A stretch of DNA of 64,000 nucleotides from Dimorphilus gyrociliatus. Lineage: Eukaryota; Animalia; Annelida. The notes beneath the pieces are model-generated. The model was not told the DNA's origin, searched no databases, and worked only from the letters and a program-made list of their open reading frames with translations. The stretch spans positions 418,623 to 482,622 of the forward strand of contig CAJFCJ010000013.1 of assembly GCA_904063045.1 (NCBI GenBank). Reading direction: 5' to 3'. The position numbers were made by a program, and so were the translations under genes. Shown one piece after another: positions 1 through 12,811 of this stretch (the stretch's first letter is position 1; every line of letters begins with the position of its first letter).

Positions 1-149
1 AAGACGAAAAAGTAACAGATTTATGAGAGATCGTGTATTTTCTCTATAGTATACCTCTTAAAGAGAAGATAAATATTTGTTGGACTCTTCGTATTAAGAA
101 TTATCCTTTCTTCTCGAGTTTTAAGAATCGTTTTTGACAACTTAAAAAC

Positions 150-1563
150 ATGACGTACAACAGGAGTTTGGCGAGAGTCAAAGTGAAGAATCGGATTTCT
201 GATATGACCTTATCAAGAGTTATTGAGAGAATTGAAGAGGATCGCCTTATTAGAATCGCTCATTTAGATCACGACAGATTGGATGTTCACGATTTCCTCA
301 AGGAGATCAACTATTGTAAATCGGATGATCTTCCAGAGTCAAAAATGTAATTTCATAACGATTTATCTCCTCTATCCGTTCCATAATTTTGTATTACCTT
401 TCCTTTACAGATGGCTGGGCGATAGAGTTGAAGCCCTTGAGAGGAGGATGCAGAGGCGACGGAATGCCGAACGTGACGTTCTTACGGCACCTCCGGGTAG
501 GGTGAATAACTCAGTCATATCAGTAATCGCTAAACCAGAGCCGGTAAGAGGTAAAACTGCACCCGAACCGACAAGAAATCTACCTTACGTTGAAAGAAAA
601 ACTGCTAGGACAGCGAGAAGTCCTAATGTCCTTAAATTGTCCGATAAGAGACCAGTAACAAAGCATACAGTGGAAAAACGCCAAGAAACGAAGCGAAATA
701 ACTTTATTAACGTTGATGATTATCAGAACGAAAATGATGTGGATACGGAGGAAATACTAGCAGATGTAAGGGATGAAATTGAGCTTGTTGCAGAGGAGAA
801 TAAGCCCAAATCCATTTTACTCCCGAGTATATTAAATAAGCATTCGGATGATATTAGTCGACCCCCGTCCGTTGTTTCATTTACCGACAAACCTACAAGA
901 GTCGTTTATACAGCAGTTGTTCATGCTAGTCACGAAGATGATACTGGAAATTTTTCACAATACTACAATGATGAAGACAATACAGAAGATGACGAAAATT
1001 CAGATCAACAAGAGATAAAAGAAAAGGGAGCGAAAGAGCAGACAAAGAGTAAATTGAGAAAGGTGTCAACCACCTCCTCCAGAAAGTTGAAAACTGGAAA
1101 ACTAAAGAAAAAGCCTACGCCTAAACCGAAGAAAATAGAGAAAAAGAAAGAGCCCGAAGAAGTTGTATTGCTGCCAAGTACACCATCTAAGAGTCTTATT
1201 ATACGAACTCCAACAGCTAACTCAATGGTTAGGACTAGGCAGCCACTTGTTAGATCGGCTATAAAACGAGAGACGTTGACGCCCAGCCGTGTTTCCATAA
1301 CAACAGAGGACAGAAACGCTTTTGTTATGCGTCAAATTTTAACCGAAAATTCACACATGCATAGAAGATCAGCTAAAAAATCAAAGCAACCTTTAAGTCA
1401 AAGAATAAATGACTTTTATGAAAAAATTGATAAACTTCGACAAGAAGTCGACACCGCCGCCAATTGGATGCCCACACCAAAAAAGACTAAGAACCTAACA
1501 AAACGCAATACGCTGAGAACTGGCGGTTTAAGGGCCGCTCTCCAATTAGACATTGACGATTAA
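150..1563 (+). CDS. Uncharacterised Lys/Glu/Arg-rich, probably disordered protein (~449 aa, 2 exons: 150-346, 411-1563)
   Basis: The ORFs at 150-350 and 283-1563 join in frame through a 64-bp GT-AG phase-2 intron (347-410; ...ESK-I-WLGDRVEALERR...). No domain recognised. Confidence 0.7.
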
Positions 1564-1877
1564 GGATAATAAAATAACTCTCCTCCTTTTTTCTTCCTCT
1601 ATCTCCTCCCAATATCAAGGTATAGGCCTACTCTTTACATATACTGTATATCGACAAAATATAAATGTTACATGTAAAAAAAAACCAGTTTTCTCTTTAG
1701 TTGTGCTTATATGCATAGTATATTCCGTTATAAAATTGATCTTATATACGACATTAACTAACGAAACAATGGGCGGTGAAAATGAATTGACGTTTCTCTA
1801 TTCATAAAATGTATTGAACGTGAAAGAGAGACGTCAATAAGTAACGGACAAAATTTTTTCTACTTTATTCAGTCGAT

Positions 1878-2455
1878 ATGAATTGTCAAGATGACGCTGA
1901 GTTAACTAGAATTTTATTCGATTTATGTCAACACCAAGATTTCAGTTCGCAAACTTTAATGCCTGATTTTCAAATGCCAAACAAAAAGCCACTTGCCGTT
2001 GAGACTAAACGCCAACAGCAAAACAGACAAACTACGACGGTTAATAGTACAAAATTTCGAGATATGGAATCGTGGAAGGAGAGTAAAAGGATAAAATATA
2101 GACAAGGTCAAGGCTCTTTTGACCCTTATTCCAAGAAAATTGGCCAAGATTTACTGTAAGTATGAAAAAGAAAAATTAATAGTTGTCAAATATGAGCGTT
2201 AATCGGGCGTTAACTTTCATTTTTCTTTTCTAACCAACAACCTATAAAAGACCAGTCATTCATAAATTGGGTGTTATCAGGTCGTTAGCAAGATTGGTTT
2301 GGTTTGAGGATGAAGATAAGAAAATAGAACCAAGACGGATAAAGAAGACCAAAATGCCTGGTATAATTATTCCATCAACAAGAAAAAGGGAAGAGAAAAC
2401 GTTTAAAGTGTCAAAACAATCTATTCAATACAATTCCTTTGGGAAAAGGTTATAA
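1878..2455 (+). CDS. Possible small uncharacterised protein; exon structure uncertain
   Basis: 93-aa ORF after an acceptor-like ttttattcag, a gtaagt donor at 2156 and a second basic ORF at 2267-2455. No motif recognised and no clean junction established. Confidence 0.3.
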
Positions 2456-2761
2456 ATATAATAAACAAAGAAGAAAAAAGACTGTATTTATTCAAAACAT
2501 GTTGTTTTTTTAAAAAAAAAGGAAAAAAATGAAGTTTTCAACTGTCTGGTATCTTTCCTTAACAGATGTAGAGTTTTCATATAAAATAAATAAAAATATA
2601 TATATATATATATATATTTATATTTTTTACGTATTTTTGTATATATATATAAATTATGTACACATTTATATATCCATATATTTTTATCTTTCAGTCACTT
2701 TCGCTCATTATCTCTCTCTCTCTCTCTCTCTCTTTCTAAAAGATACTATATACAAATAGGA

Positions 2762-5700
2762 TCAATTTTTCACTTTCATTTTGTTTTTCTTAGCAAGATT
2801 AACGTACTCTTCTACCATTTTCATAAGTTTTGTTTTATTTATATTCGGGCTAGAATGGTTTCCAACCTATTTTAAAGATTTAAAAATATATCATTATTAT
2901 CTATTTATTGAATTATTTATGATGAATATTGAATACCTTAATAACAATCCTCTTCATGATGTATTTATATTGTTCTTTTGTTATTTCTTTCTTTTTATAG
3001 AAGTCTTGTAAATATTGCTTAATTGTTAGTTCGACGGCTTTGAACTTTTGCTTTTTTTCTAATTTCGTCTGTTTTTTAAAAAAAAAAAAAAGTGAAAAAA
3101 TAATTAAATATTAAGCAATATATAATTACCGCTACATTGTTCATAACTGTTGCCGATACCATAGGATCACTTGGTAAATCATTTTTCTTTCTTTTAGAGG
3201 ATCTTTTATCCATTGATTCGTCTAGGGATTTCTCGTCTTTTGGCGAATTTGCAATGATTTGGAAAGAATCGTCTGCATTAGGTGAAGGGAAATTAGAGAG
3301 ATCTAAAACGTCGGAGGAAGGAGAATAGGAGTCGTTGTTTTGTTCGCGACTATCTTCCTTCAACGTCGATGTTCGATCCTTATTTCGTTGATCCCACGGC
3401 TCACGAAACGATTGCTTCGATTCATTGGGTGGTTGTTTACCATCGTGGAAGATCGCATTGATACGAGTATCGAGATCGAGTATATTTTGAGCAGTTCCAC
3501 TATCAGATTCTGCCCCTGAAATATCCATTGATTGTGGACTATGATCAATAGAGGGCGGTGACCTTGATTTAGGATTTTTTATAGCTGAAAAATTCAACAA
3601 ATAATTAATACTAGAAAATAAATAAAGAGGGTAGAGATTCTTTTTTCCTTACCATCTCTATCTTGGTCTCTTCTGGATTTTGAAATAGACTGCCATTTAC
3701 TTTTTCTTGGTGCTCGAACTGGTGAAGTAGATTGCTTCTTTTTCACCTCCTTAATTCTATCAACTTTTCTTCTGTCATCTGTATTTGAGACTAATTTATT
3801 TTCTCGACGATTTCTCGATCTACTTCGACTTCGATTTCTGGGGTCTTTCGATTCGTCGATTGTCGCTTCTGTGCGATGTAATCGACTCGCCTCAATTATT
3901 CTTCTAGCGTCTGGTATGGGACTTTCTCGCTTCTCTCTTCTTCTATCCACTTCTGGACGATTGTTTAAAGAGTTTGAGGGGTTACTATTATTATTATTTG
4001 TTGAATTTGTGCGATTTTCCCATCTATCTGGTCGCCTAGAATGAAACGGACTAGAACTCCTGCGAGAACCTGAGCATTCTTCTTTTCTAAATCTTTTTGA
4101 CCGATCAGGACTGGGATACCTAGCTGAGTAGCTAGAGTCTTCCTTCCTCCAATAACGATCTGGAGATGAAACTCGTTGATCGGACGAGAAGCTATCATTT
4201 CTTCTATCCCGATCTCGGTCTCTTTCCCTGTCTCTTTCTCTCTCCCTGTCGCGATCCCGATCCCTATCTCGATCTCGGTCTCTATCTCTGTCTCGATCAC
4301 GTCTCTCTGGAATATAACAATCCGAAGGATATCTTGGATACTGACGACTGATTTCACTGCCTTGACGACAATGATTATCGCTTACACCATCGTAATCGGT
4401 TGTCTTCTCGTCTTTGCCAGTTCGTCCCTTTCTACCACGACCTCTACTTCCATGTCTACTTCGACTTCGACTACGACTCTTGCGTTTGTGCTTCTTATCA
4501 ATTTTCACTGAAATCTTCCCTTTGTCCTTGTCTATTGATTCTCGTCTTTTAGTGTGTTTTTCACGCGATCTATCTCTTTTTATTCTTTTAAATTGAATTT
4601 TATCGCCATTTTTGTCTTCTTTCAACTCCCCCTCTTCATCATCATTCGGCTTTCGGTCACTTTCAACTTTCTGATCTTCCTTTTCTGAGCCAGCTTTTTC
4701 ATTGTCATTCTCAGAATCTCTTTCGTTTTTATCTTCCTTCGGTTTGTCATCTGTTTTATTGCTCTCGGATTTTTCTTGACCGTTGTCAGATGAAAGTTCC
4801 TGATCGTAGGCTGGAGTTTCAGTATTGTTATCTTGGGGTTCGGGACTATTATTTGATAATAGTAAATTATCTTCCACTTGCTGTTGTTCCTTATTAATAG
4901 GTAATTGGGTATCGTTTGAATTTGAGCCATGACTTCCATTATTTTCTTTGTTATCTTCCGATTTTTCTTTGGTATCGTTTTCGTTTGCTGCTTCGCCATC
5001 CTTTTCAGTCTTACTAATTTCTTCTATAGTTCCGTCGACGTGAATTTTAAGATATTTACTCGGCACGTGAAGTCTACGCTGTCCGTCCAATATGGACGAT
5101 AATAAGTCAACTGTTGAAGTTGATGCAGCCCTTTTTAAGCAATTACGAGACGTTATGAAGCGATTTCTGAGAACAGGTAGTGTAGCTAAACCATGACTAT
5201 TTCCGCTAAAATTTTCTCTATCATCATCAAGAGAAGGATGAACATTTTCATCTGGATTTACATCGTAGTTTAAAGAAACGGACCGACTGAAATCCAGTTT
5301 ACTTCCTTTCATTTGAGGTATCATACGACCAGGTTTTGGTAGAGTAATACCAAGTTTATCGGCAATACGAGACTTAACTGACCGAGTGGAACGGGATTTA
5401 GTTTTGAGACGCTTTCTTTTTGTCTTCTTTCCAGACTTAGTTTTCCGTCGCTTTTTACGACGACGTCTTCTCTTAATCTTACATCTTTTTCTAATAATAG
5501 CCGTTCTAGCACGGCGAACAGGAACAATTACTTTTTTCTCTATTTCATTTTCAGCCTATAATTCACTTAAATTAAAATTTCAAAAAACATCAAAATATAT
5601 TTCACCTTTATTTCGTTTGTAGAATCTTCAACTGATTTCATTTGCTCCAAGAGATTACGCATATATTCTTCTCTATCATTTAAATCCACTAATAAAGATT

Positions 5701-6626
5701 ATAAAGAAAAAAGAGTAAACATTATCAAGTTACTAAAATATTTAAAAAGTAAATGAAATCGAAAAAAAAAAAACTCTCTTCTTACTTTTTGAGAGACAAT
5801 CCATACAAAACCAGGAACCAGTTGGAATTTTGCTTAGAGCAGGCGTATAGCAATACGTGTGACATCTTTTTTTATTGAAAAAAGTAATAATAATAATTAT
5901 AATAGTAATAACAATAGGAAATGAACAGTAATTACCCTCTATCACAACGATCGCATAATAATAAATTAGCTTCATCGTCCTGTCGACCACATCCTTCACA
6001 GTGAGCTAAATCTTCAGCTGTAACCAGATCGTCACCGTCTAAATTTAAGGCTTTTTCCTCTACTTCAATCTTTACAAGTTAAATTAGTTTATTATAATAT
6101 AATCTATTAATGTTGAATAGAATTACTTACACTTTCAATAAATTTATCATCAACTGTTTTGATAATCATTAATCCAAACGGTTTGCGATCTTGAGGGCAT
6201 GTACTTGACGACTAGAGAATAAAAGAAAAAAATTATTAAGATATGATTATTCTTATCAAAAATCATATTTTTTATAATTGCATTTATATTACTTTTGTCC
6301 ATTCAGTCAGGCAGTGTTCGCAAAATACATGATCGCATACGTCTGGTGAGGCTAGTCTATCATTTTCTCTAAAATCTCCATAACATATACCGCAATTCTC
6401 TCCGTTGGTTTTCGGTGGTGAAATATTTAAGTCGTATATTTTATTTTCTTTTCCAACATCATCGTTTTCCTCTGTTTCGTCCAAACTTTCATATTCCTCA
6501 TCATCAGAACCATCACTTGAACTTTCTTCATCTGAGTCTGCTACAGTGTAAATAGGCCTAAGTAGGTATCTTTTTTAAACCTGAGCCCTAGTTACCTGTT
6601 AAAATGTCTTCTATATCCTTCTCCAT
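2762..6626 (-). CDS. PHRF1: PHD and RING finger domain-containing protein 1-like (RING - PHD - RS/RD-rich - C-terminal SRI domain), multi-exon
   Basis: Spliced exons give a RING (CGICYGDF...CDHVFCEHCLTEW|...TCPQDRKPF), a PHD (CEGCGRQDDEANLLLCDRCDRG|CHTYCYTPALSKIPTGSWFCMDC), a long RS/RD-repeat exon (3594-5324) and an SRI-like end (KAVELTIKQYLQDFYKKKEITKEQYKYIMKRIVIK|...KLMKMVEEYV). ATG at 6626, TGA at 2762-2764. Confidence 0.88.
4205..4310 (-). repeat. Coding (RD/RE)n dipeptide repeat in the PHRF1-like RS region
   Basis: Translation reads RDRDRDRDRDRDRDRDRERERDRERDRDRDRR; the DNA is a degenerate 6-mer repeat. Confidence 0.85.
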
Positions 6627-7098
6627 ATTATCCTTAAATGATTACACAATTGGCTGAATTATTACCAGCTTAAGAACATGGTTCCTTCAAGATTTCCCCA
6701 AAACGCGTAAGAGAAGCGTTGAAAGTTATATTATATGTAATTTGAGCTTTGAGATCAATGAAGAAATAGTTCACTATTCTTACCAACTAGTTTATAATGA
6801 CTTTTATTAATTATTTCGATTAATTTTAATTGAGTAATATCTGTAAAAGATATTAAAATCGTGTAACAATACTACACAAGCATTACAAGAAAAAGCCCGG
6901 ATTTAAAATGGCGGTTATTCCAAAATAGACTGGTTCGCGCCTTTCTTATATGTTTAGCCAGCAGATGGCATTGACAATAAAATTAGTCACGTTGGCCGAG
7001 CTAGTTGATTAACAATATTTATACACATTAAGTTACAAGACCGATTTTTATTACAGCGCATCAAGCACAGTTCGATTAGTTATTAGTTTTAATAAATA
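6627..7098. promoter_or_regulatory. Compact bidirectional promoter (PHRF1-like / BCR-like) with YY1-like AAAATGGCGG (~6905) and CTCF-like GCCAGCAGATGGCA (6957-6970)
   Basis: Head-to-head start codons about 470 bp apart; motifs read directly from the sequence. Confidence 0.55.
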
Positions 7099-10000
7099 AT
7101 GGAATTGCTTGAGGAACTTCGTAGGGAATTTAGTGACAGGTTCCCGAATGATGTACTTCCTTCTGCCATAGAAGATTGTTTGGATGATGGAAATTTAGCA
7201 CAGGAGCAAATGGAAAAACTGCGTGACGATATAGAGAATTTTCGGCACAAGCTACGACTAAAAGAGTATCTATTACAATTCTTGGAAACGAAAAGCGTAA
7301 AATACGAGCGGAAACCGACTATACTTTCACCTTCAATGAAAGAAGCTCTTGAAAAATTCAGTGACCCTGACGCTGAACTCGAATGCTCTTCCCCATTCTT
7401 CTTGGGAAGTGACAGGGGTGAGTCGACTACCGAAGATAATTTTGAAGAATTCAATCCGGTCGTTAGTCCTCCGTCGGATAGCGAAGCCGAAGATCAATTC
7501 CCAACGAGATATGAGAAATTCAAAGGTTTTCAAAGGATATCAAAGAGGAGCATTGATGATGAAGACGACCCGGAAAGCGAAAACAAAATTTACGTGAATA
7601 TTCAACTAAAATCACTCGGTTCGTTAGCTTCCAGACCAAATAGAGGTATATATAAATTTATATATATAGTATATATTTGTATTTATGTACATAAACTTTT
7701 TTTATGCGCATCTATATGCCGCACAGTACAACACACTGTTAGCTAGCTAGCTGTACACCTTACACTATAATACTATATGCAATATATTGAGTACAATATG
7801 ACCAACGTCTTACATATTGTATAATATTTCTTGTAAGATGAGAAAGTTGTTATTATAATTAGATATTGTATAATTTACATAAATATTAATATATTTCGGA
7901 ATATTTTTTTTCTATCAGTATTCCATAATGGTTGCTGAACTTGCAGAAATAATTACTGATTAATGTACAGCGCTAATTATACGAGTATTTAAGGATATCA
8001 TAAGCACATATCATATTACTAGATAACTTATTCATTTATTATTTGTTTCCTTTTTAGATGCAATTTATTTGGAAGAGGGTGACAATTCTGTAAGTTTTTC
8101 CGCGCCACCTCTATCTCTCTCAAGTTTGAATAAGACAAATTTTATACATAAAGAAAATGTTATAAATGCTTTACAGATTGATAGTAATAAATTAAAGGAT
8201 AGAAAAGCTTATCTTCAAGGTTTTTTAACTGATGAGATAGCATATACTAAAACTCTTAGCCAATTAATGGCTGTAAGTTGTTGATTCTATTTAATAACAT
8301 TATAAAACTAATCAAATATAATTAAATTTTCCTGAACAGTTGAAAGAGAAATTAGAAGATGTTCATAGAGAGTCAAAAAAATCATCAAAATATGTTAAGA
8401 CTGACGATATTGATGTTATTTTTAAGTGTATACCGGAAATGTATTCAACTCATGATAATTTTGTCGAAATGCTGAGAAATACCTTAGAGAACTACAATAG
8501 AGATAGCGAAATAAGCGATATCTTCAAGAACATGGTAAAAATATTATCTTTTTTTATTTATAATAATTAATTACTGTTATATGACCTAGAAACCATAATA
8601 TATATTAATATTACAAATTTACTCTTCATTTAGATAACTACTGATATAGATATTGGACAAAATTACATAAATAATTATTCAAAAGCTTCTAAATGTCTTG
8701 AAAAGTTGATTGAACAAATTGATAAACGTAAAGAGTTAAGGGATATTGGAACTTTTATGCGTTATCAATTACAAGAGATAGCGTCGGCTAGGAAGGAGGA
8801 AGTTAAAAGTTCTAGTAAAAATGATTTAAGAGAATGTATCGAACCAGGCCAAGAAACTTATTTAAGTTAGGAATTTTAGCGCTTATTTATTCAATACTTT
8901 TGCCTAAACATTTATTTTATTTACCCAGCTTTGCTGCAGAAGCCTATTACACGAGTACAAAAGAATCTATCAATTATACCGGTAAGGATTATTTGTCTAT
9001 TATTTATAATTTCATCATGTTTTTTTCTCTTTATTTTTTTCTTTTTCACTTTTTTTTAAAGGAACTTATAAAATTAACGCCAGAAAATCATAGAGACTTT
9101 GCTAGATTAAAAAAAATTACTATTGAACAGCAAAGCTTTTTAAAGACTTATGAACCGAAAGTTATAGAAGTTAGTGGGTTTTGCAAAACAAAAAGCATTA
9201 ATAATATCTTCTTCAACAAATAAACGTTTTTATTTAATAATGTTTTAAGGGAGAAAAGGTACGACACGATTTAAAAAATTGCGTTGTTGCCGAACAATCT
9301 GGTTACAGGAATAGATTAAGGACTTTGGTACTATTTAATGACTGTATTGCTTGCTGTAGACTGATAAGACGTGAAAAGTACATACATTAATTAGATTATT
9401 CATAATTTTGTTTAATTAATTCGTTACCTAATTTTAATATTATGATATGTTTAAAGGATAATTTTGTTCTTGTTTTCTCTTTCAGAGAAAATATACAATT
9501 AATGTTAAAATGGTTTACGCCTGTATTGGATATTCAGGAACTTATTCCTCAAGAGGGTAACCAAAGTCGTATGGCTGAGTTAAAAAGGCTTAGAGATAAG
9601 CTAACAGATACTGGTAATGAGATGAATAAACGCCGAAAGTATATCGACTCTTGTGACAATATTATAAGTGCATATGGTAATTTAAATAGGGAAAATAAGG
9701 TATTCAAGGGAAAAAATTACATTTATGTATACAGTATATATATAATCGATTTCCACAGGACCAACATCAACAGACATCTAAATTTACTCAGGAGAAAGAA
9801 ATGGCTATTTTTGATAAATTAGCAAAGGAAGCAAGAGAACTAACCACTAAATTAACGAGTCTCGCACCATTTTTACCCCTTGTCGTAAGTCATAAATTGA
9901 AAATAGTTATCAAAATTATATCTAATAATTAATATTTCATGTATATAGATAAAAAGTAAAAACAAGAAATCCCATACTGTTTTGTTTACATCAGAATTTG

Positions 10001-12811
10001 AAAGAGGTGAATGGATGAAAGAAATTTTTGCGCAAAAAGCCAAACAGGAAAAGATTACTAAAAGTATATTTATACTTTATCTATAGTTATAGACAAACAC
10101 ACATACAAATTTTTTATATTTAAGCTCTATAAATGTTTCAATCTTTTAGATGTTTGCATATAACCTTTCATTTATATTTCGTTAATTAGATTATTATTTA
10201 GTTTTGTTTTCTAAGTAATTATTTTTAATTAATTAAAACGTGTAGGTTCGGATAGACGATCAAGTCCAAGCAGAGTTCCAGGTTCACCATTTAAAAGACG
10301 TTCTTTCAGAATAAACAGTAGGTTGCGGAATATATTATGAATAGCATTTTGAACGAATTTTGTATGGAATGGCCACAGACTCTCTTTTATATTTATATAT
10401 ATATATATATATAAACATATACATATAAAAATTTATACTGTATATATATATATAAATTGTCTTTGAAACAAAAACAGTTTATAATGCTTCTCATAGGGTT
10501 TTTTTTTAATAATTTTGCAATAGTCTTAGTAAAAAGTTATTTATTTCGACGTATTAAAGAAATGCTTTTCTCAATAATAGGCTCATCAAAATCTTCTTTT
10601 TCCTTACTACGACGTATGTAAAAAGAACAAAAATTAAAAAAAAAACAAACAAATCAAATGGCTTAATGCACAATTTTTTTTATTCCTACTTTTTAAAAAC
10701 TGATTCCCTATTAAAAAAATTCAATAAATATGGTGGTGTTTTTTTTGCGAATTCCTTAATTTAAAAATTCGCTTGACTTAGATTTTTTTCCTTTTTATAA
10801 CGATTCTCTTTTTAATAATAGATGTGTTTCCTATACATATATATATACTATATATATATATATATATACTATTATATGTATAGTTTTGTTTATCTAAAAA
10901 GATTTTTTTCTAATTTTTAATAGAATTGGCGATTTTGATTTAACTTTGAAAAAACTAATGAACGATTTAACAATAATTGCAAAGTACCATTTATTTTTAG
11001 TTTCATGTTTTACCTCTCTCTCTTTTTCTCTGTCTCTGTCCTTTTTTCTTTTTTTCTCTCTTATTTCAACGGACAGAGTAATTTATTTGGTCTATATAAA
11101 TATTAAATACGTCCTCATAATTAGAGAGATCTATTAAATTTTTGCTTTTCATTTTTTCTACGGCATTTATGACCTTTGATTAGAAAGACAAAAGGAGCAA
11201 CAAGTATAATTTCATTAGCTTTTATTTGTGTGTTTTTTATTTTTCCCATATATTTAAATTAAAAAGTTTTGTTTTTTTTTGAGGACTATTTTAAAGTACA
11301 AATTTTTTAAATAGAGTGGAGTATTGAAAAATAACAAATGTAATTATCTACACTTTTGTTGTTTTTTCTGTTAGATGACGATAGTAAAATTTCGAGCACT
11401 GACGTACAAACTTCGCTAAATTCTATGGCCTGGGAATGTTTAGCTGATCCTTTAGACATGTTTACAGGTAATTATTATAGAGATGAAAAGTTTTCTTTCT
11501 ATAACGAAAACTAATTATTGTTCAATTATAATAGATTCTACAACTACTACCCTTATAAATGGTTCAGGTCATATTATTATTCATAGAGTGAATGGTTTAA
11601 CAGATCCAATAAGTTAGTTTATTAATTATTAAAAAAATTTTCATCTTATTATTTTAAAACTTTTCAAGATATCAAATGTGCCGTTGAAGCTGATTCTTTC
11701 GGACAAAGATATATATATAGTTGGACGAGGCTAATACCAAGAACACTTAAACCATCCTGGGAAGATGAGGGATTTTGGGTTGACTTTCAAGGCAGTGAAA
11801 TTATGAAGATTTACGTTTTTCAAATCGACGAGGGAAATGATAAAATTATTGGAGAATGCTCAATGCTTGTAGGTCATTTTTTATGATATAAAAGAATAAA
11901 AACATAACAAATATACTATTCACCTATATTTTTTTATTCAGCTCAGTGAATTGTATAAAGATAGGATATGGCAGAAAAAAAATTTTACTATCAATGAAAA
12001 AGAAGTCTCTATCGATGTAACTATAAATTTTCAAGATATGTCAACGGCTCATCGTCGAAAGAACAAAAATGACGATTCGGCCTTTTTCGGAGTTGAAATA
12101 AAGGATATTTCTGCTCGTGAACACAACTTGGTGCCTTCAATCGTTCAAATATGCGCTGAGACTGTAGAAGAAAAGGGTAAAAATGCCGAAGGCATTTACA
12201 GACTATCTGGCCTCTCTCAAGAAGTTTCCAAATTGAAAGCATATTTCGAGAAGGGTAAGAAGAGTTATTTATTTTTTAAAAGTAAAGGCATAGAGACTTT
12301 TTACTATTTTCAGATATGTATAAGGCGAAGAAATTTTGCAACGAAGGCGATATTAATACAGTCTGTTCCGTTATGAAGTTATTCTTTCGGGAACTTCCAC
12401 AAGCTCTGCTATCTGGGCTGTATAAGGCAACAGAAAATGTCGACACAAAAGATCTACCACAAATTATAAAACAATTTTTGAAAGATATAAATACCAGCTC
12501 TTCAACAAGATGTGTATACGAAACAGCTAGATATTTATTTATCCATTTGGTTCAGTAAGTGTTTTAATCAATTTTTTTGGTTAGTTAATTAATTTGGTTT
12601 TTTTCATTTTCTCAGAATCGAAAAGTATCGCGATTCGAATAAAATGACATTGTCCAATTTAGCCACGGTATTTAGTCCAAACCTTTTGGAAAATCCTCTA
12701 GAAACTGGTGAAATAACTAGCGTTGATGAATTACACCACTTATCTATCAGGCAAACAAATATTCTGCATACTGCCTTGGAAATGACGAAAGCTGGAATTC
12801 TATTTACTTGA
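7099..12811 (+). CDS. BCR: Breakpoint cluster region protein-like RhoGEF/RhoGAP (N-terminal oligomerisation coiled coil - DH - PH - C2 - RhoGAP), ~18 exons
   Basis: N-terminus MELLEELRREFSDRFPND...LRLKEYLLQFLE resembles the BCR oligomerisation domain; DH-like (LQGFLTDEIAYTKTLSQL, LKELIKLTPENHRDF), PH-like (LFNDCIACCR, LKWFTPVLD), C2-like (KPSWEDEGFWVDF) and RhoGAP (VPSIVQICAETVEEKG..EGIYRLSG, DINTVCSVMKLFFRELP, KMTLSNLATVFSP). TGA at 12809-12811. Confidence 0.85.

Noticed and set aside
3965-4999. Several overlapping alternative-frame and antisense ORFs (e.g. IEIEIGIGI, SISVSISVS, RLRLRL)
   Set aside because: Shadow ORFs of the RD/RS repeat region of the PHRF1-like gene; no independent coding evidence.
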